DNA of 64,000 nucleotides from a virus. Taxonomy: Duplodnaviria; Caudoviricetes. The translations under genes and the position numbers were made by a program. The DNA lies in IMG/VR virus record IMGVR_UViG_3300037400_003374, positions 9,664 through 73,663 of that record, one strand, 5' to 3'. Under the pieces are notes generated by a model. The model did no database searches. It was not told the DNA's origin and saw only the letters and a list, made by a program, of their open reading frames with translations. How positions within the stretch are numbered: the stretch's first letter is position 1; each line of letters opens with the position of its first letter. Of this stretch, positions 51,157 through 62,182 are shown piece by piece.

Positions 51157-51561
51157 CTTTTAATTTGTAATGATTCTCCTATATATATAATAAAATTTTA
51201 ATCGGAACGAGGCGCGAAGCGCCGAGTGGAGATTAAAATTTTATTATACGCGCCGCAGGCGCGAAGTCAAACATTAAACTTTGTCAAATACTTGACTTTT
51301 TTCAATTTATATGATATAATAAAAGAAAAAGAGATTTTTTGGACAAATACTTGACAAAAGCCGAAATTTTGGCACATCCATCTAATCTAATGCTATACTT
51401 AACAAATGCGCCCGACACCCTCTCCATACCAATGGAGGCTGCTTAGTCTGGAAGGCGCCATATTTCATTTTCTTTTCTCCTTCTTTTTATCAGTTCACGA
51501 TGTACGTATTGTTTTCCCAAATCTATATCCCATGATACTACATTATTTCCGAGGTGGTTAT

Positions 51562-51771
51562 ATGACATTAGAACAAAAGATACTAGAACTTACCGCGGAA
51601 GATGGCCCCAACGTTCCATTGAGAACGTTAGCTATCTATTGCGGCACGTCACATACGACACTAAGCCGCTTTGCACATGGGAAACTTGCAATTAGTGAGA
51701 AAATGCGCGAGCAAATTGAGTAGGGAATGGAGGAGATGGCGCAGCAAATTTGGTAGATTGCCAATTCTTGA
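51562..51771 (+). CDS. XRE-type HTH protein (69 aa, TAG read-through)
   Basis: LRTLAIYCGTSHTTLSRF; the read-through C-terminus parallels 54046-54246. Confidence 0.65.
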
Positions 51772-51823
51772 CATTTTTCTAATTTATATTATAATATAAG
51801 TATAAAAAGAAAGGAGCATTGGT

Positions 51824-52174
51824 ATGGAGTATAGAACTAAGGAATATACACCTAGGGTGGACGGAGTGCAGGTACGTGATTGCGTATGGTTTGGTACTCC
51901 CTCGAAGCGCATTATGTACGAGATTGTGAAGTGGGAGAAGCGTTCGGAACCAATCATTGTGGTGAATGGGTTTACTGGGCGGCTTGAGTACTCGTTTGAG
52001 AGTTGCTACTCACTTGCGCATCTAGTTTGGAATCCCGATGAGCAAGAGTTTGAGTTTGAAGGAGTAGGAACTAGATGGTTGGAGGAAGCCCCAAGCAAGG
52101 AAGCATGTGACATGATATTGGACTTCTGCGCGAAAACTGCCAAGAAACTTAGAGAAGAGGAAGAAAACGAATGA
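51824..52174 (+). CDS. Hypothetical protein
   Basis: Promoter and AGGAG RBS. Confidence 0.65.
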   Translation: MEYRTKEYTPRVDGVQVRDCVWFGTPSKRIMYEIVKWEKRSEPIIVVNGFTGRLEYSFESCYSLAHLVWNPDEQEFEFEGVGTRWLEEAPSKEACDMILDFCAKTAKKLREEEENE

Positions 52175-52380
52175 TTGCATTGAATAGGGAAATGCCGCAA
52201 TCTTGCCTCCTATGCCCATGTTTACATACAATTAATTTGGCATACGTAGGCTTAAGGTGCTGCAATGCGGCAGGAATGCGCCAGATTATTGAGCCATTGT
52301 TTACTAAAAAGGAGGAAACGGTGCCAAAGTGGTGGACGGACTTTCCGAAGCCAGATTGGTGCCCATGGGTGGAAGTATGA
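52171..52380 (+). CDS. Small Cys-rich hypothetical protein
   Basis: ATGA overlaps; MPQSC..CP...C...KPDWCP. Confidence 0.6.
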   Translation: MIALNREMPQSCLLCPCLHTINLAYVGLRCCNAAGMRQIIEPLFTKKEETVPKWWTDFPKPDWCPWVEV

Positions 52381-52583
52381 AGATAGTAAAGTGTCCGGAT
52401 TGCGGCGAAAGCAAGTATGTCATTATGTTTAGTACCTCAACATGCATGTATTATCCGCCTATTATTAAGGATGGGGTCAATGTGAACCCGGATAGGAATG
52501 TAATTACAAATAGTTGTCAGTGCTTACATTGCGGCAGTAGGTTTGCATATCAGACAACGGCATTTGGAGAGGTTTTGGAGTAA
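52377..52583 (+). CDS. Small Zn-ribbon protein
   Basis: CPDC...CLHC. Confidence 0.6.
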   Translation: MKIVKCPDCGESKYVIMFSTSTCMYYPPIIKDGVNVNPDRNVITNSCQCLHCGSRFAYQTTAFGEVLE

Positions 52584-52605
52584 AGGTTGCGTAGGAGTAT
52601 ATGAA

Positions 52606-52803
52606 ATGATTACGACAATTAAGGAACGAAATGGAATACTATATTGCGCCCATTGCCGCATTCAAGTAAAGGACTTGCACCATTAGTATTGCTAGTTCTG
52701 CGGCTATGAGTTTGCGAATTGGGAGAAATTCGCAATTGAACTTTTTGAACGGGAGCGCGAAGCCTATGAAAGTTTATGTAGTGACGACGGGTCAGTACTC
52801 TGA
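52606..52803 (+). CDS. Small Zn-ribbon protein (TAG read-through inside CxxC)
   Basis: CAHC...YC(TAG)FCG. Confidence 0.55.
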
Positions 52804-53161
52804 TTATACAATTAGAGGGATTTTTAGTACGCCAGAAGCGGCGGAGAAGGCTGTAAGAGCAATGATAGTCTATCCGCCAGCCTGTTGCTGCGACCCTAAC
52901 CCTATTCAGGAAATGGAGCTAGATACTTATCAGCCATTTGATAAGTACTTGACATTGTATTACCATCCCTCTAGTGGGAAAATTAGTCATGTGCGCTATA
53001 ATGATTATAAGAACGAAGAGCGCGTAGTAAGCACTATCAATCCGGATGATATTTACATGGTAATGAGGTATTCGGAACGCTTTACAGACCAGAGTGTGTT
53101 GGAGAAAGCGGCACGCGATAGGTATATGCAATGGAAGGCAGAACAGGAGGACATTGTGTGA
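52766..53161 (+). CDS. Hypothetical protein
   Basis: MKVYVVTTGQYSDYTIRGIFST. Confidence 0.6.
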   Translation: MKVYVVTTGQYSDYTIRGIFSTPEAAEKAVRAMIVYPPACCCDPNPIQEMELDTYQPFDKYLTLYYHPSSGKISHVRYNDYKNEERVVSTINPDDIYMVMRYSERFTDQSVLEKAARDRYMQWKAEQEDIV

Positions 53162-53583
53162 CGGCGGAAGGTTGGTTTGATTGTATCGTACTCGCGCTAA
53201 TTGCTATTGGCTTCGGCATTATTATGTTTACGTACTGCTTTGAAAGATGGCGCTGTATATGGCTTATAGCAGGTATTGTAGTAGCAATGATGGTAGTTAT
53301 AGCGGGATTTTCGCATTGTAAAAATGATAATTGGAGGAATAGTATGGAGTGGATTAGTGTTAAAGAGAGCTTGCCCAAGGAAGATGGCAGATATTTGGTA
53401 GTTAATAAGGCATACGACCGCATGACGGTTGAAGTCACGGAGTTCACTACAAATCTTCATCGTATTGATGACTATACGTTCCGTGATGAGGTGCGGCCAG
53501 GGTGGTATACATTTGACCCTGAGGTTGGGTACTTTGAACGAACACATATCGCGTACTGGATGCCGCTGCCCGAATTGCCATAA
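53158..53583 (+). CDS. Membrane segment fused in frame to a DUF551-like domain (internal start likely at 53344)
   Basis: MEWISVKESLP...WMPLPELP is the typical DUF551 pattern. Confidence 0.6.
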   Translation: MTAEGWFDCIVLALIAIGFGIIMFTYCFERWRCIWLIAGIVVAMMVVIAGFSHCKNDNWRNSMEWISVKESLPKEDGRYLVVNKAYDRMTVEVTEFTTNLHRIDDYTFRDEVRPGWYTFDPEVGYFERTHIAYWMPLPELP

Positions 53584-53594
53584 GGAGTGGGAGA

Positions 53595-53903
53595 ATGAGA
53601 CGAACTAATTGTCCTAATTGCGGCGGTCCCTTACCTGTTAAGGGGTCCAAGTGCGAGTTTTGCGGCACTCGTGTTATTGATCTTACAATGATTGACTTTG
53701 ATAGCAACGAGCCAACCATGTTTTTGTTGAACATGCCCCGGTCCGTAACAGGTGGGCAAAAGGCCACAATAAGTATGTGGGCGCGCCCGGAGTTAAATTC
53801 TATTACTATGGAGACAAGTTCTGAGATTGCCTTTGAGATGTCGTTGCGCCCATTCGCCGATCCGCGTGATTGGAGTTTGTATAAGTTAAAGATTGACAAG
53901 TAA
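53595..53903 (+). CDS. Zn-ribbon hypothetical protein
   Basis: CPNCGG...CEFCG. Confidence 0.65.
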   Translation: MRRTNCPNCGGPLPVKGSKCEFCGTRVIDLTMIDFDSNEPTMFLLNMPRSVTGGQKATISMWARPELNSITMETSSEIAFEMSLRPFADPRDWSLYKLKIDK

Positions 53904-54045
53904 ATAAATTTGTGGTATAATAGGATAGACAAGAGGATAAGTCTATCCTTTTATTAGTTAAAATGCCAGAAAAACTTTTTAATAACCGTAAAAAATGCCA
54001 TAATTTGATTCTAATCTTACTACAATTATATTGGAGGTGAGGACA

Positions 54046-54246
54046 ATGAACGATATCCTAAAACTAAAACAGCTTCTTGATTTAGGCATCCCAATGACAG
54101 TGCTTGCGCGCGAATGCCACTGTTCACCAGCAAGTATTCAAAATTATATAAACGGAAAGAGCATTCCTAGCGGCACCAAAGCATTGGGAATCAAAGAAGG
54201 ATTAAGGCATTTTACTGACAAAATAAATTCAATTACTAGGGAGTGA
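54046..54246 (+). CDS. XRE-type HTH protein
   Basis: MTVLARECHCSPASIQNYINGK. Confidence 0.7.
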   Translation: MNDILKLKQLLDLGIPMTVLARECHCSPASIQNYINGKSIPSGTKALGIKEGLRHFTDKINSITRE

Positions 54247-54251
54247 ATCTA

Positions 54252-54416
54252 ATGACACTATATCCTGTTTTTTCACGGCGAATTGTTCGTGAACTCGAAA
54301 AACGCGGTTTTAATGTAGTCAAAATGGCGCCTAATAAAAAGTATACCAATCTTATAGTATACTATTTTGAAGAAACACCTGAATTGCGCAAAACCGTAGC
54401 AGAACTCACTAAATAA
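54252..54416 (+). CDS. DUF5659-like small protein (not in the ORF track)
   Basis: VFSRRIVRELEKRGF...PN......VYYFEETPEL. Confidence 0.55.
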   Translation: MTLYPVFSRRIVRELEKRGFNVVKMAPNKKYTNLIVYYFEETPELRKTVAELTK

Positions 54417-54455
54417 TTTTACACTATTACACTAATTGACACGGAGTTGATAAGT

Positions 54456-54803
54456 ATGAAATACCCAAACCAAAAGAAAATAACGTTGGGTCATCTTAGT
54501 GATATAACCCATCGTAAAGAAGTAGAAGAAGCATGGTTACAGCCATTAAAATGGGAACCTATAAAAGAAGCTATGCGTGTACTAAATGGCAACGCCTTTA
54601 AACTATGGCTTTATCTTATGTCATGGGAAGGAAAAGGAGAATATGAATTTTCTCCAGCGCATTTAGCTAAAGAACTAAAAATAAGTGATGAGGGCGCACG
54701 TAATGCGCGAAAAGAATTAATAGATAAGGGGTATATTGTTGAAGTATCAGAAAATAAATTGGAATTTTTCCCAATTTCAAGAACCACTATCGCCGCCAAA
54801 TAA
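54456..54803 (+). CDS. Winged-HTH protein resembling the N-terminus of a replication initiator
   Basis: LNGNAFKLWLYL...SPAHLAKELKISDEGARNARKELIDKGYI. Confidence 0.65.
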   Translation: MKYPNQKKITLGHLSDITHRKEVEEAWLQPLKWEPIKEAMRVLNGNAFKLWLYLMSWEGKGEYEFSPAHLAKELKISDEGARNARKELIDKGYIVEVSENKLEFFPISRTTIAAK

Positions 54804-54966
54804 TTTGGCGTATTTTTCACTAAAAAATCTGACACAACTGTCAAATTACTTGGCGAAATTCAGCCAAATTTTCTGACATCTGATTCACTAAAAAATCTGA
54901 CACTGAACGCCAAAAAATCTGACACCGGATATCAAAAAATCTGACACAGCGCCAAATAATTTGGCG
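54794..54966. repeat. Iteron-like cluster
   Basis: Four AAAAAATCTGACAC copies bracketed by two CGCCAAATAATTTGGCG palindromes; an AT-rich tract follows. Confidence 0.85.
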
Positions 54967-55265
54967 AGGGTGTCAAAAAATTACTAAAGTAATATAAATA
55001 TATATAAATAATAAAAATATAAGATAACAATATAAGATAAAAATATGGCGCAAGCGCATAATCATAAAATCAAAATAGCAAAAGAAAGGTGGCACTTCAC
55101 CCTCTAAAAGGTGGCACTCCGCCTACCATAATAGATATAATAGATAATAATAATAAAAAATTTTAATAGAGCTTTTCGCGCCTACGGCGCGAGGGGATGC
55201 AAAATTTGCAACCCATCAATGTCCCAAAAATTATATGGCGGCCTCCGCCGCAAAGGAGAATTAAA

Positions 55266-55793
55266 ATGACAAACAGCGTATGGACTTTCCCTTACTCTAA
55301 ACTCTACTACCTAACCCACCCTTGGAGATGGTTCCGGCAACTATGGCAGAATTGCCACGATGCCTACCGGCGCGCCCGCTACGGATGGACTTATACCGAT
55401 GTCTGGAACTGGGATGATTGGTTCTTGCGGACCGCCGTCCCGATGCTACGTTACTTGGCCGACCATAACCAGGCCTACCCGCTCTATGAAGAATTTGATA
55501 CGCCTGAAAAGTGGCAACAGTGGCTTCGTCGCATGGCGGACCTATTGGAGAGCGGCGACGAATATTGGCAGGACGCCCATAATGAATATTACAAGGACTA
55601 CATGGACTCCTTCAATATCAATTGGCGCCATCCTGTACAAGAAAAGGATAGCAATGTAATAATTACCGCAACTAGCGAGGAACTCCAACGCAAGTACCTT
55701 GCTCGCGCAAAAGAATTATCACTCGCAGGTGAAAAAAATGTCATAGAAGCATTCAACGAAATAGGTAAAAAATTCCATGCCATATGGGATTAA
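55266..55793 (+). CDS. Hypothetical protein
   Basis: Start corrected to MTNSVW (AGGAG RBS). Confidence 0.65.
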   Translation: MTNSVWTFPYSKLYYLTHPWRWFRQLWQNCHDAYRRARYGWTYTDVWNWDDWFLRTAVPMLRYLADHNQAYPLYEEFDTPEKWQQWLRRMADLLESGDEYWQDAHNEYYKDYMDSFNINWRHPVQEKDSNVIITATSEELQRKYLARAKELSLAGEKNVIEAFNEIGKKFHAIWD

Positions 55794-55863
55794 AATACTA
55801 AGTTTTTTTATAATCATATTACTTATTTTAATAAAGGGGATAACCCCAAAAAGAGGTGATACA

Positions 55864-58800
55864 ATGAATATTTTAACAAAACGAGGCAACTTGGATAATG
55901 TATTGACATATGAACATATATGCGATACTACCGCAGACCGAGACAATATTGAAAGCAAGTACATTACATTGGGCACCGTCTGTATTGTCCTCTAGGGACA
56001 AAATGGCGCAATGGAAGTTTACATGGCTGACTCTAGTAAGAATTGGCATGATATACTCATGATTAGCGGCAGCGGTTCCTCTTCTGCGCCCGCAGGACTC
56101 TCCATTCATGTTTGTACAGCGGATGAAGTGGCAAACGGCAAGCCAAACATTGAGGCTCCTTTGAGCACGGAATTGTATCTAGTGCCATCTTCTAACTCTA
56201 GTGAAGATAACTTATACGACAAGTATATATGGGTTAATGGCGCATGGGAGGTCTTTGGCGGCGGAGAGACAGTTGACCTAACACCTTATGCTACTAAAGC
56301 ATGGGTATAGGAGCAGAACTATTTAACCGAGCATCAGAACCTTGCCGCATGGGCAAAAGCGGCCACGAAACCTACCTATACTGCCGCAGAAGTTGGCGCT
56401 GCGACACAGGCCGATATTGCTACGGCTATTGGAGACATTCATTCATTTGATGTTGAGGTTGTACAGAGTTTGCCTGCAACAGGAGTGACACATACTATTT
56501 ACTTTGTGCCGAAAGCAGGAAGTACGAATGACGTGTATGATGAGTATTTGTATATTAATAATGCGTGGGAAATGATAGGGAATACACAAGTAGATTTGAG
56601 TAACTATGTTACCACTACTACTCTCGCCGCAATTCCAGTGCGGGCAGGCGTGGGTAATAAGGCATTATGTGAGGGCGGAGACGATCCGAATCCTTCCACG
56701 AAAGAAGGAGAAGGACCAATATAGGGAGTAACTATCACTATCCCACCCACATTGACGCAGGCAACCGGAGATTATGCTCATGCTGAAGGTATAGGTACCA
56801 ATGCAAGTGGTGTGGCATCTCATGCAGAAGGCGCCCGTACCACTGCTAGTGGGAATCCATCTCACGCAGAAGGCGGAGAAACTATTGCTAGTGGACTTAC
56901 TTCACATGCAGAAGGCGATAACACTACAGCTAGTGGCGCGAGTTCGCACGCTGAAGGTACTTACGCCACCGCTAGCGGAGATAATTCACACGCCGAAGGC
57001 GGTGGTACTGCTGCTAGCGGAATGGATTCTCACGCCGAAGGCGATGGTACTATTGCTAGTGGATATGCTTCACATGCCGAAGGCGGTGGTACTACTGCTA
57101 GTGGTAATCAATCTCACGCCGAAGGTGAAGGCTCAACTGAGGCCCTTACAGTAACTATAGACGACGAGGAAAAAACATTGCAAGCCGGGGCCTATGGTGT
57201 CGCAGACCACGTTGAAGGTAAGAATACTATAGCTAACAGTAACTACGCAGGCGAAGAGGACACGCAATATGCCGCTCATGCCGAAGGATTTGAAACATTG
57301 GCCCTCGCGCAAGGAGCTCATGCTGAAGGCGATAGTTCACAAGCACTCGGACTTAATTCACATGCTGAAGGCGAATACACCATTGCAAGCGGCATAGGTG
57401 CCCACGCCGAAGGGTCTGAAACGCAAGCTCTTAGAGATGGCGCTCACGCTGAAGGCGCCGGAACAACGGCAAGTGGTTCTTACTCACATGCCGAAGGTGT
57501 AGATACTACAGCATCTGGCCCATACGCGCATGCTGAAGGTAACACCACAACAGCAAGCGCAGTAAATACTCATGCAGAAGGTGATACTACTACTGCTAGT
57601 AAAGCGGGTGCTCATGCAGAAGGCGACAATACTACTGCTAGTGGAGAATCTTCTCACGCAGAGGGTCATAACACTAACGCGACTGGCGATAAGTCCCATG
57701 CAGAGGGCAGCGGCACTACTGCTGGTGGAGAAGATTCACATGCTGAAGGATATTAGTCAACTGCATCTGGTGACTATTCTCATGCCGAAGGGCAAAATAC
57801 GAATGCAAGTGCTGCAGCCGCCCATGCCGAAGGCACGACAACGAGAGCAAGTGGTCAGTATTCACATGCAGAAGGCGGCGGTACTAAAGCGATTGGCGGT
57901 CAATCACATGCTGAAGGTGCAGGCACTACTGCTAGCGGACAGAGTTCACATGCTGAAGGTACCACTACAACAGCATCTGGTATGAATTCACATGCCGAAG
58001 GAACTTATACAACTGCATCCGAACAGCAATGTCATGCTGAAGGTGCGAATACCACTGCAAGCGGTCCATGCTCTCATGCTGAAGGTGTGAGTACTACTGC
58101 TAGTGGACAGAATTCACATGCAGAAGGTAACGGAACCGTTGCAGCGGGTGATTATTCTCATACTTCTGGCCATGGCACAACCGCAAATGGTAGCGGACAG
58201 TTTGTTTTTGGAGCGTACAATATTGCTGAAACAGTATCTCGTAGTGCAGATCGCGGTACGTATATTGAAATCGTTGGTAATGGAGCAAGTAGCAGTTCAC
58301 GCTCCAACGCTCGCACTCTCGATTGGTCAGGCAATGAAGCACTTCAAGGTAGTCTTACGCTCGCTAAAGGCACGGCCAACGAAGCCATTCTCACAGGCGC
58401 TAAACTCAACACTCTTACTGAAGCAGCGGACGTCGAAACATTACTGGCAACTAAAGATGACTTGGCAACCGGAAAAGTAGTTAATGATGCTGTCAAAGCA
58501 GGCGATGTCTGGTCAGAAAATTTCCTCACACAAAGCGGCATGTATGCTACTACGGCCTTGGATGTAAGTGATTATCTAGATGGAAAGATAATAATTAAAA
58601 TTGGACCAAATGATGCTCACTCCGGCACTCGTCTCTGCGGCTTCTGTGATAGTAATGGTGTAATGTCGGATATGTATAAAGAAAAATTCTTAACATATTA
58701 CGATGCGGGCGACTATCAATTTGCGGAATTGCCTATCACGAACACGCATTTCTTCTTCTCTTGCTCCACAAAATCTTTCCTAGAGATTAGTGCTAAGAAA

Positions 58801-60762
58801 GTTGGCAAGTCCGCGTTTAATCTTACTAAGATTATAGATTCAATTCCCGAGAGATTCCCAAAGAATCAGGTACTCACGCAGAAGAGTTCGTTAGCAAAGA
58901 ACTACTATATCTCTGAGAATGCTACCGTAGGCGACAAATGGACAGACTTTAAGGTAAGCAACTCCGGCTCCATTTATACTAGCTATGCAATTAATGTACG
59001 TAGCTTTGCAGGCGAAATACTTGTTATTAAGATTGGCGGCAGAGACGCCCATACAGGTGTTAGGACTTGCGGCTTCTGCACTGCAACAAGTGTCATTACT
59101 TCAATATATAAGGAAAAGGAATTACCCTATGTTGAAGAGAATGGATATCTAGTAGCGGAAATACCAATTACAGACCAGTTCTTCTTCTTCTCTTGCTCAG
59201 CGAAAGATTACTTGTTAATCTATGCAAAAGACTCAGGCTCATTAGTAGAAAAGACTGTGGCCTATGTGTCTCCTAGCGGCGACGATGGGGATAACAATGG
59301 TTCTGTGGTATATCCATATGCTACCATTAACAAGGCTATCTCTGAGGGCGCGAAAACTATCTATCTTGCTAGTGGAGTATATTCTTAGACAATAAACCTT
59401 GACCTCTTAAAGGGCAGAGAACTAAATCTTATCAATACGTCCATGGTAAATAAAGTAGTATTTAAAGCGCCAAATAGTACCATAGCAACATCAGAAACCC
59501 AGGTTAGCGGCTATACTAAAGTATATTCTGCTACCGTAAGTACTACTTTCTCCGAAGGCAATATATGGTTATTCCAAGACGGAGTAGCGGACACCAGCAC
59601 ATTGATTCCTGCCGCAGAGATACTACCAGAACAACGCGGCCAAACCTATAGATGTTCCGATACTAAGATAGAACGGTGCACGGCCACTACTGAAAGTGAA
59701 GCATTAACCGAAATTGAAAATGCAACTGAATATAAGTGGTTCCAAAACGGCACTACACTATACTTCAGCAGACCAGCCGCCGTATCTTCTACCAACCCGA
59801 TTTGCGGAAGCACTGGATACACATTATTTAACCATAAGCCCGTTAAGTGCACTATCAATATGACTGGTATTGACGTTAAGTACATGACATTAAATCTAAA
59901 CAATACCGCCTTAAGCACAATCACTGATTGCTCTGTGTCCAACGTGTTTGGCGCTGGCGCGTATATCTTTGATGGCGCAACTGGCTTACAGCTTATCCAT
60001 TGTGAAGCAGCTCGCGCCTTTACAGGCACCATGGGTGATGGTTTTAACGCGCATAGTATTACTACTAGCGGCGACCCGTTCGCGCATCAAACCATTGCTA
60101 CCCTAACAGATTGCTGGTCACATGATAATAAAGACGATGGCATTTCGGCGCATGAGCGCAGTGAATTCTTCGTCAATGGCGGCCTATATGAATACAATGC
60201 CACTGGCGGCGGTGTTACTCCTTCCTATGGCTCACACTGCACCTGCATAGGCGTTGTGGCCCGCAAGAATGGCGAAGGCGGATTTATCTACACCGGCAGC
60301 TCTACTGCGGCTGAAGGTGGCATTAATGGCCAGCTTAAGTGCATTGACTGCTTATCAGAAAGCAACAACCTTGATACATCAGTAGTAAGCGCAGGCTATA
60401 AACTAACTGAACCCAACATTATGACACTTATTAATTGTAAAGCACTTAATGAGGACTATGGATTTTACGTTGATAATGCGCAAGCGAAAATGTATATCTA
60501 TGATTCTCATGCTATCAATTGTACTTCAGAGAAGGGCGGAGTATTAAATAACATAAATGTAACAACCTCAAATCCAATTCCAGCCCCACCAGCCGCTGCT
60601 GGAGTATATTTACTTAGAGCAACAGTTGCAGATGGAGCAACACATTACTCTTGGGTAATGGAATCAGCAATTGTTGAACCGGACACAGGCACCGAAGGTG
60701 ATAACACCGAAGGTGGAAGCACAACTCCCACCGATGGAAGTGGAGAAACCTTAGACCCATAA
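55864..60762 (+). CDS. Large adhesin/receptor-binding or depolymerase-like protein (1,632 aa, TAG read-through)
   Basis: Six ORF-track pieces lie in one frame, joined by TAG. About 31 14-aa HAEG repeats (YadA-head-like), a duplicated ~85-aa domain and a C-terminal pectate-lyase-like beta-helix (YVSPSGDD.NNG...PYATINKA). Confidence 0.8.
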
Positions 60763-60767
60763 TAATC

Positions 60768-60800
60768 AAAAAAGAGAGGCATTAAATTGCCTCTCTTTTT
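60768..60800. terminator. Bidirectional intrinsic terminator
   Basis: AAAAAGAGAGGCA/TGCCTCTCTTTTT. Confidence 0.85.
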
Positions 60801-60863
60801 ATTTGACTTTTTTTAAATTTCTGGTATAATTTAAATATAAAGAAAAGGAAAGGAAATGAGATA

Positions 60864-61061
60864 ATGCCGACGAATTTGAATGAACTTGCTCGTATGATTG
60901 CCCGCCGCGATGGTATTTCCCTTAATGAAGCTTATGCCGCAATAAACGAAACCGCGGACCTTCTCAATGACGCTATTGCCGCAGGAAGTATAACAATGGC
61001 AGAAGAAATTCTGCTTGGAGAATTGGGTATTGAACTTGATTATCTTGACCTGTTTCTGTGA
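60864..61061 (+). CDS. Small hypothetical protein, paralog of 62169-62363
   Basis: Shared ELA..IA.RD..S...A...I..A...A.G....A.....EL.LE..YL..F. Confidence 0.7.
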   Translation: MPTNLNELARMIARRDGISLNEAYAAINETADLLNDAIAAGSITMAEEILLGELGIELDYLDLFL

Positions 61062-61070
61062 GGTGGCAGT

Positions 61071-61403
61071 ATGACTGATAGGTCTTTAGGTGTAATATAC
61101 ACCATTAAGCAAAAAGGTACTAGTGATGTTACGCTTGCCGCATTCTTGCAAAAATTTTATAGTACCGCTTACATATACAATCGAGATGAGATAGATAAAA
61201 TTCTGCGCGAGACCTGTGTTGACTTTATCCAAAGCGCAGATGACCCAATACGTGAACTGCGGCGTTACTTTCTCAGCGTAAATATTTATTCACTTGTAGA
61301 AATAACTGAGCATACTAGAATGATAAACTTTTTGCAGCAAATTCAAATATCAAAAGATGGCAACTATATTAATGATTTTAGGGATATGAAAGGAGAATTA
61401 TAA
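61071..61403 (+). CDS. Hypothetical protein
   Basis: GAGGTGG RBS. Confidence 0.6.
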   Translation: MTDRSLGVIYTIKQKGTSDVTLAAFLQKFYSTAYIYNRDEIDKILRETCVDFIQSADDPIRELRRYFLSVNIYSLVEITEHTRMINFLQQIQISKDGNYINDFRDMKGEL

Positions 61404-62182
61404 TGGATAACACCAGTCTTGGCGACCGCATAAAAATGTATGAAAACGTAGAACGGAAGTACTTAACGAGGCGGCTTCCGACTATTATCAGAGTAGATGG
61501 CGAGCATTTTCATAGCTATACGCGTGGCTTTGACCGCCCTTTTGACCTTGGTTTCATTGCCGCAATGCAACAAACCGCAAAGCAGCTATGTGAGAACATC
61601 ATGGGCGCGAAAATAGCATATACGCAGTCGGATGAAATCACCATTCTCTTGCGCGACGATGATACCCTTGTTACGCAGGCTTGGTTCGATAAGAACTTGC
61701 AGAAAATTGTGAGTACCGCGTCCTCAATGGCTACCTATTTCTTCAACAAAAACATTGCGCGCCTTTACACCCAAGGCTTGCCATCTCCGGTACCTTATGA
61801 TTGGTTTCATGCTTCTGCGGGCGTTAAGAAGGCATATTCCGAAGGCCGCTTAGCCATCTTTGATGCCCGTGCATTCATCGTTCCTCCAGAAGAGGTTATG
61901 AACGTATTTGAATGGCGCCAGCAAGACTGCATCCGCAACTCCATACAAATGATTGCACGCGCCCACTTCTCCCACTCAGAATTAATTGGCGTCTCATGTG
62001 CCGACATGCAGACGAGACTTCTCGATGAGAAAAATGTTGATGTAGAAAACTACGATGTCTACTTGCGGCGTGGTTCTTGTGTCGTTAAAGATGCAACCGG
62101 CCATTGGACGATTGACACCCATATTCCTATCTTCCATGAAGACCCAACGTATGTGGTGGTGGAAAGACATGAATCAGTTTGA
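61403..62182 (+). CDS. thg1: tRNA(His) guanylyltransferase Thg1-like protein
   Basis: LGDRIKMYE...IIRVDG.HFH, YTQSDEI, FD.R.F...P, YF/FEWRQ.DC.RN motifs. Confidence 0.9.
   Translation: MDNTSLGDRIKMYENVERKYLTRRLPTIIRVDGEHFHSYTRGFDRPFDLGFIAAMQQTAKQLCENIMGAKIAYTQSDEITILLRDDDTLVTQAWFDKNLQKIVSTASSMATYFFNKNIARLYTQGLPSPVPYDWFHASAGVKKAYSEGRLAIFDARAFIVPPEEVMNVFEWRQQDCIRNSIQMIARAHFSHSELIGVSCADMQTRLLDEKNVDVENYDVYLRRGSCVVKDATGHWTIDTHIPIFHEDPTYVVVERHESV

Noticed and set aside
56801-58480. Alternative-frame ORFs inside the HAEG repeat region
   Set aside because: They are off-frame shadows of the 42-bp coding repeat.
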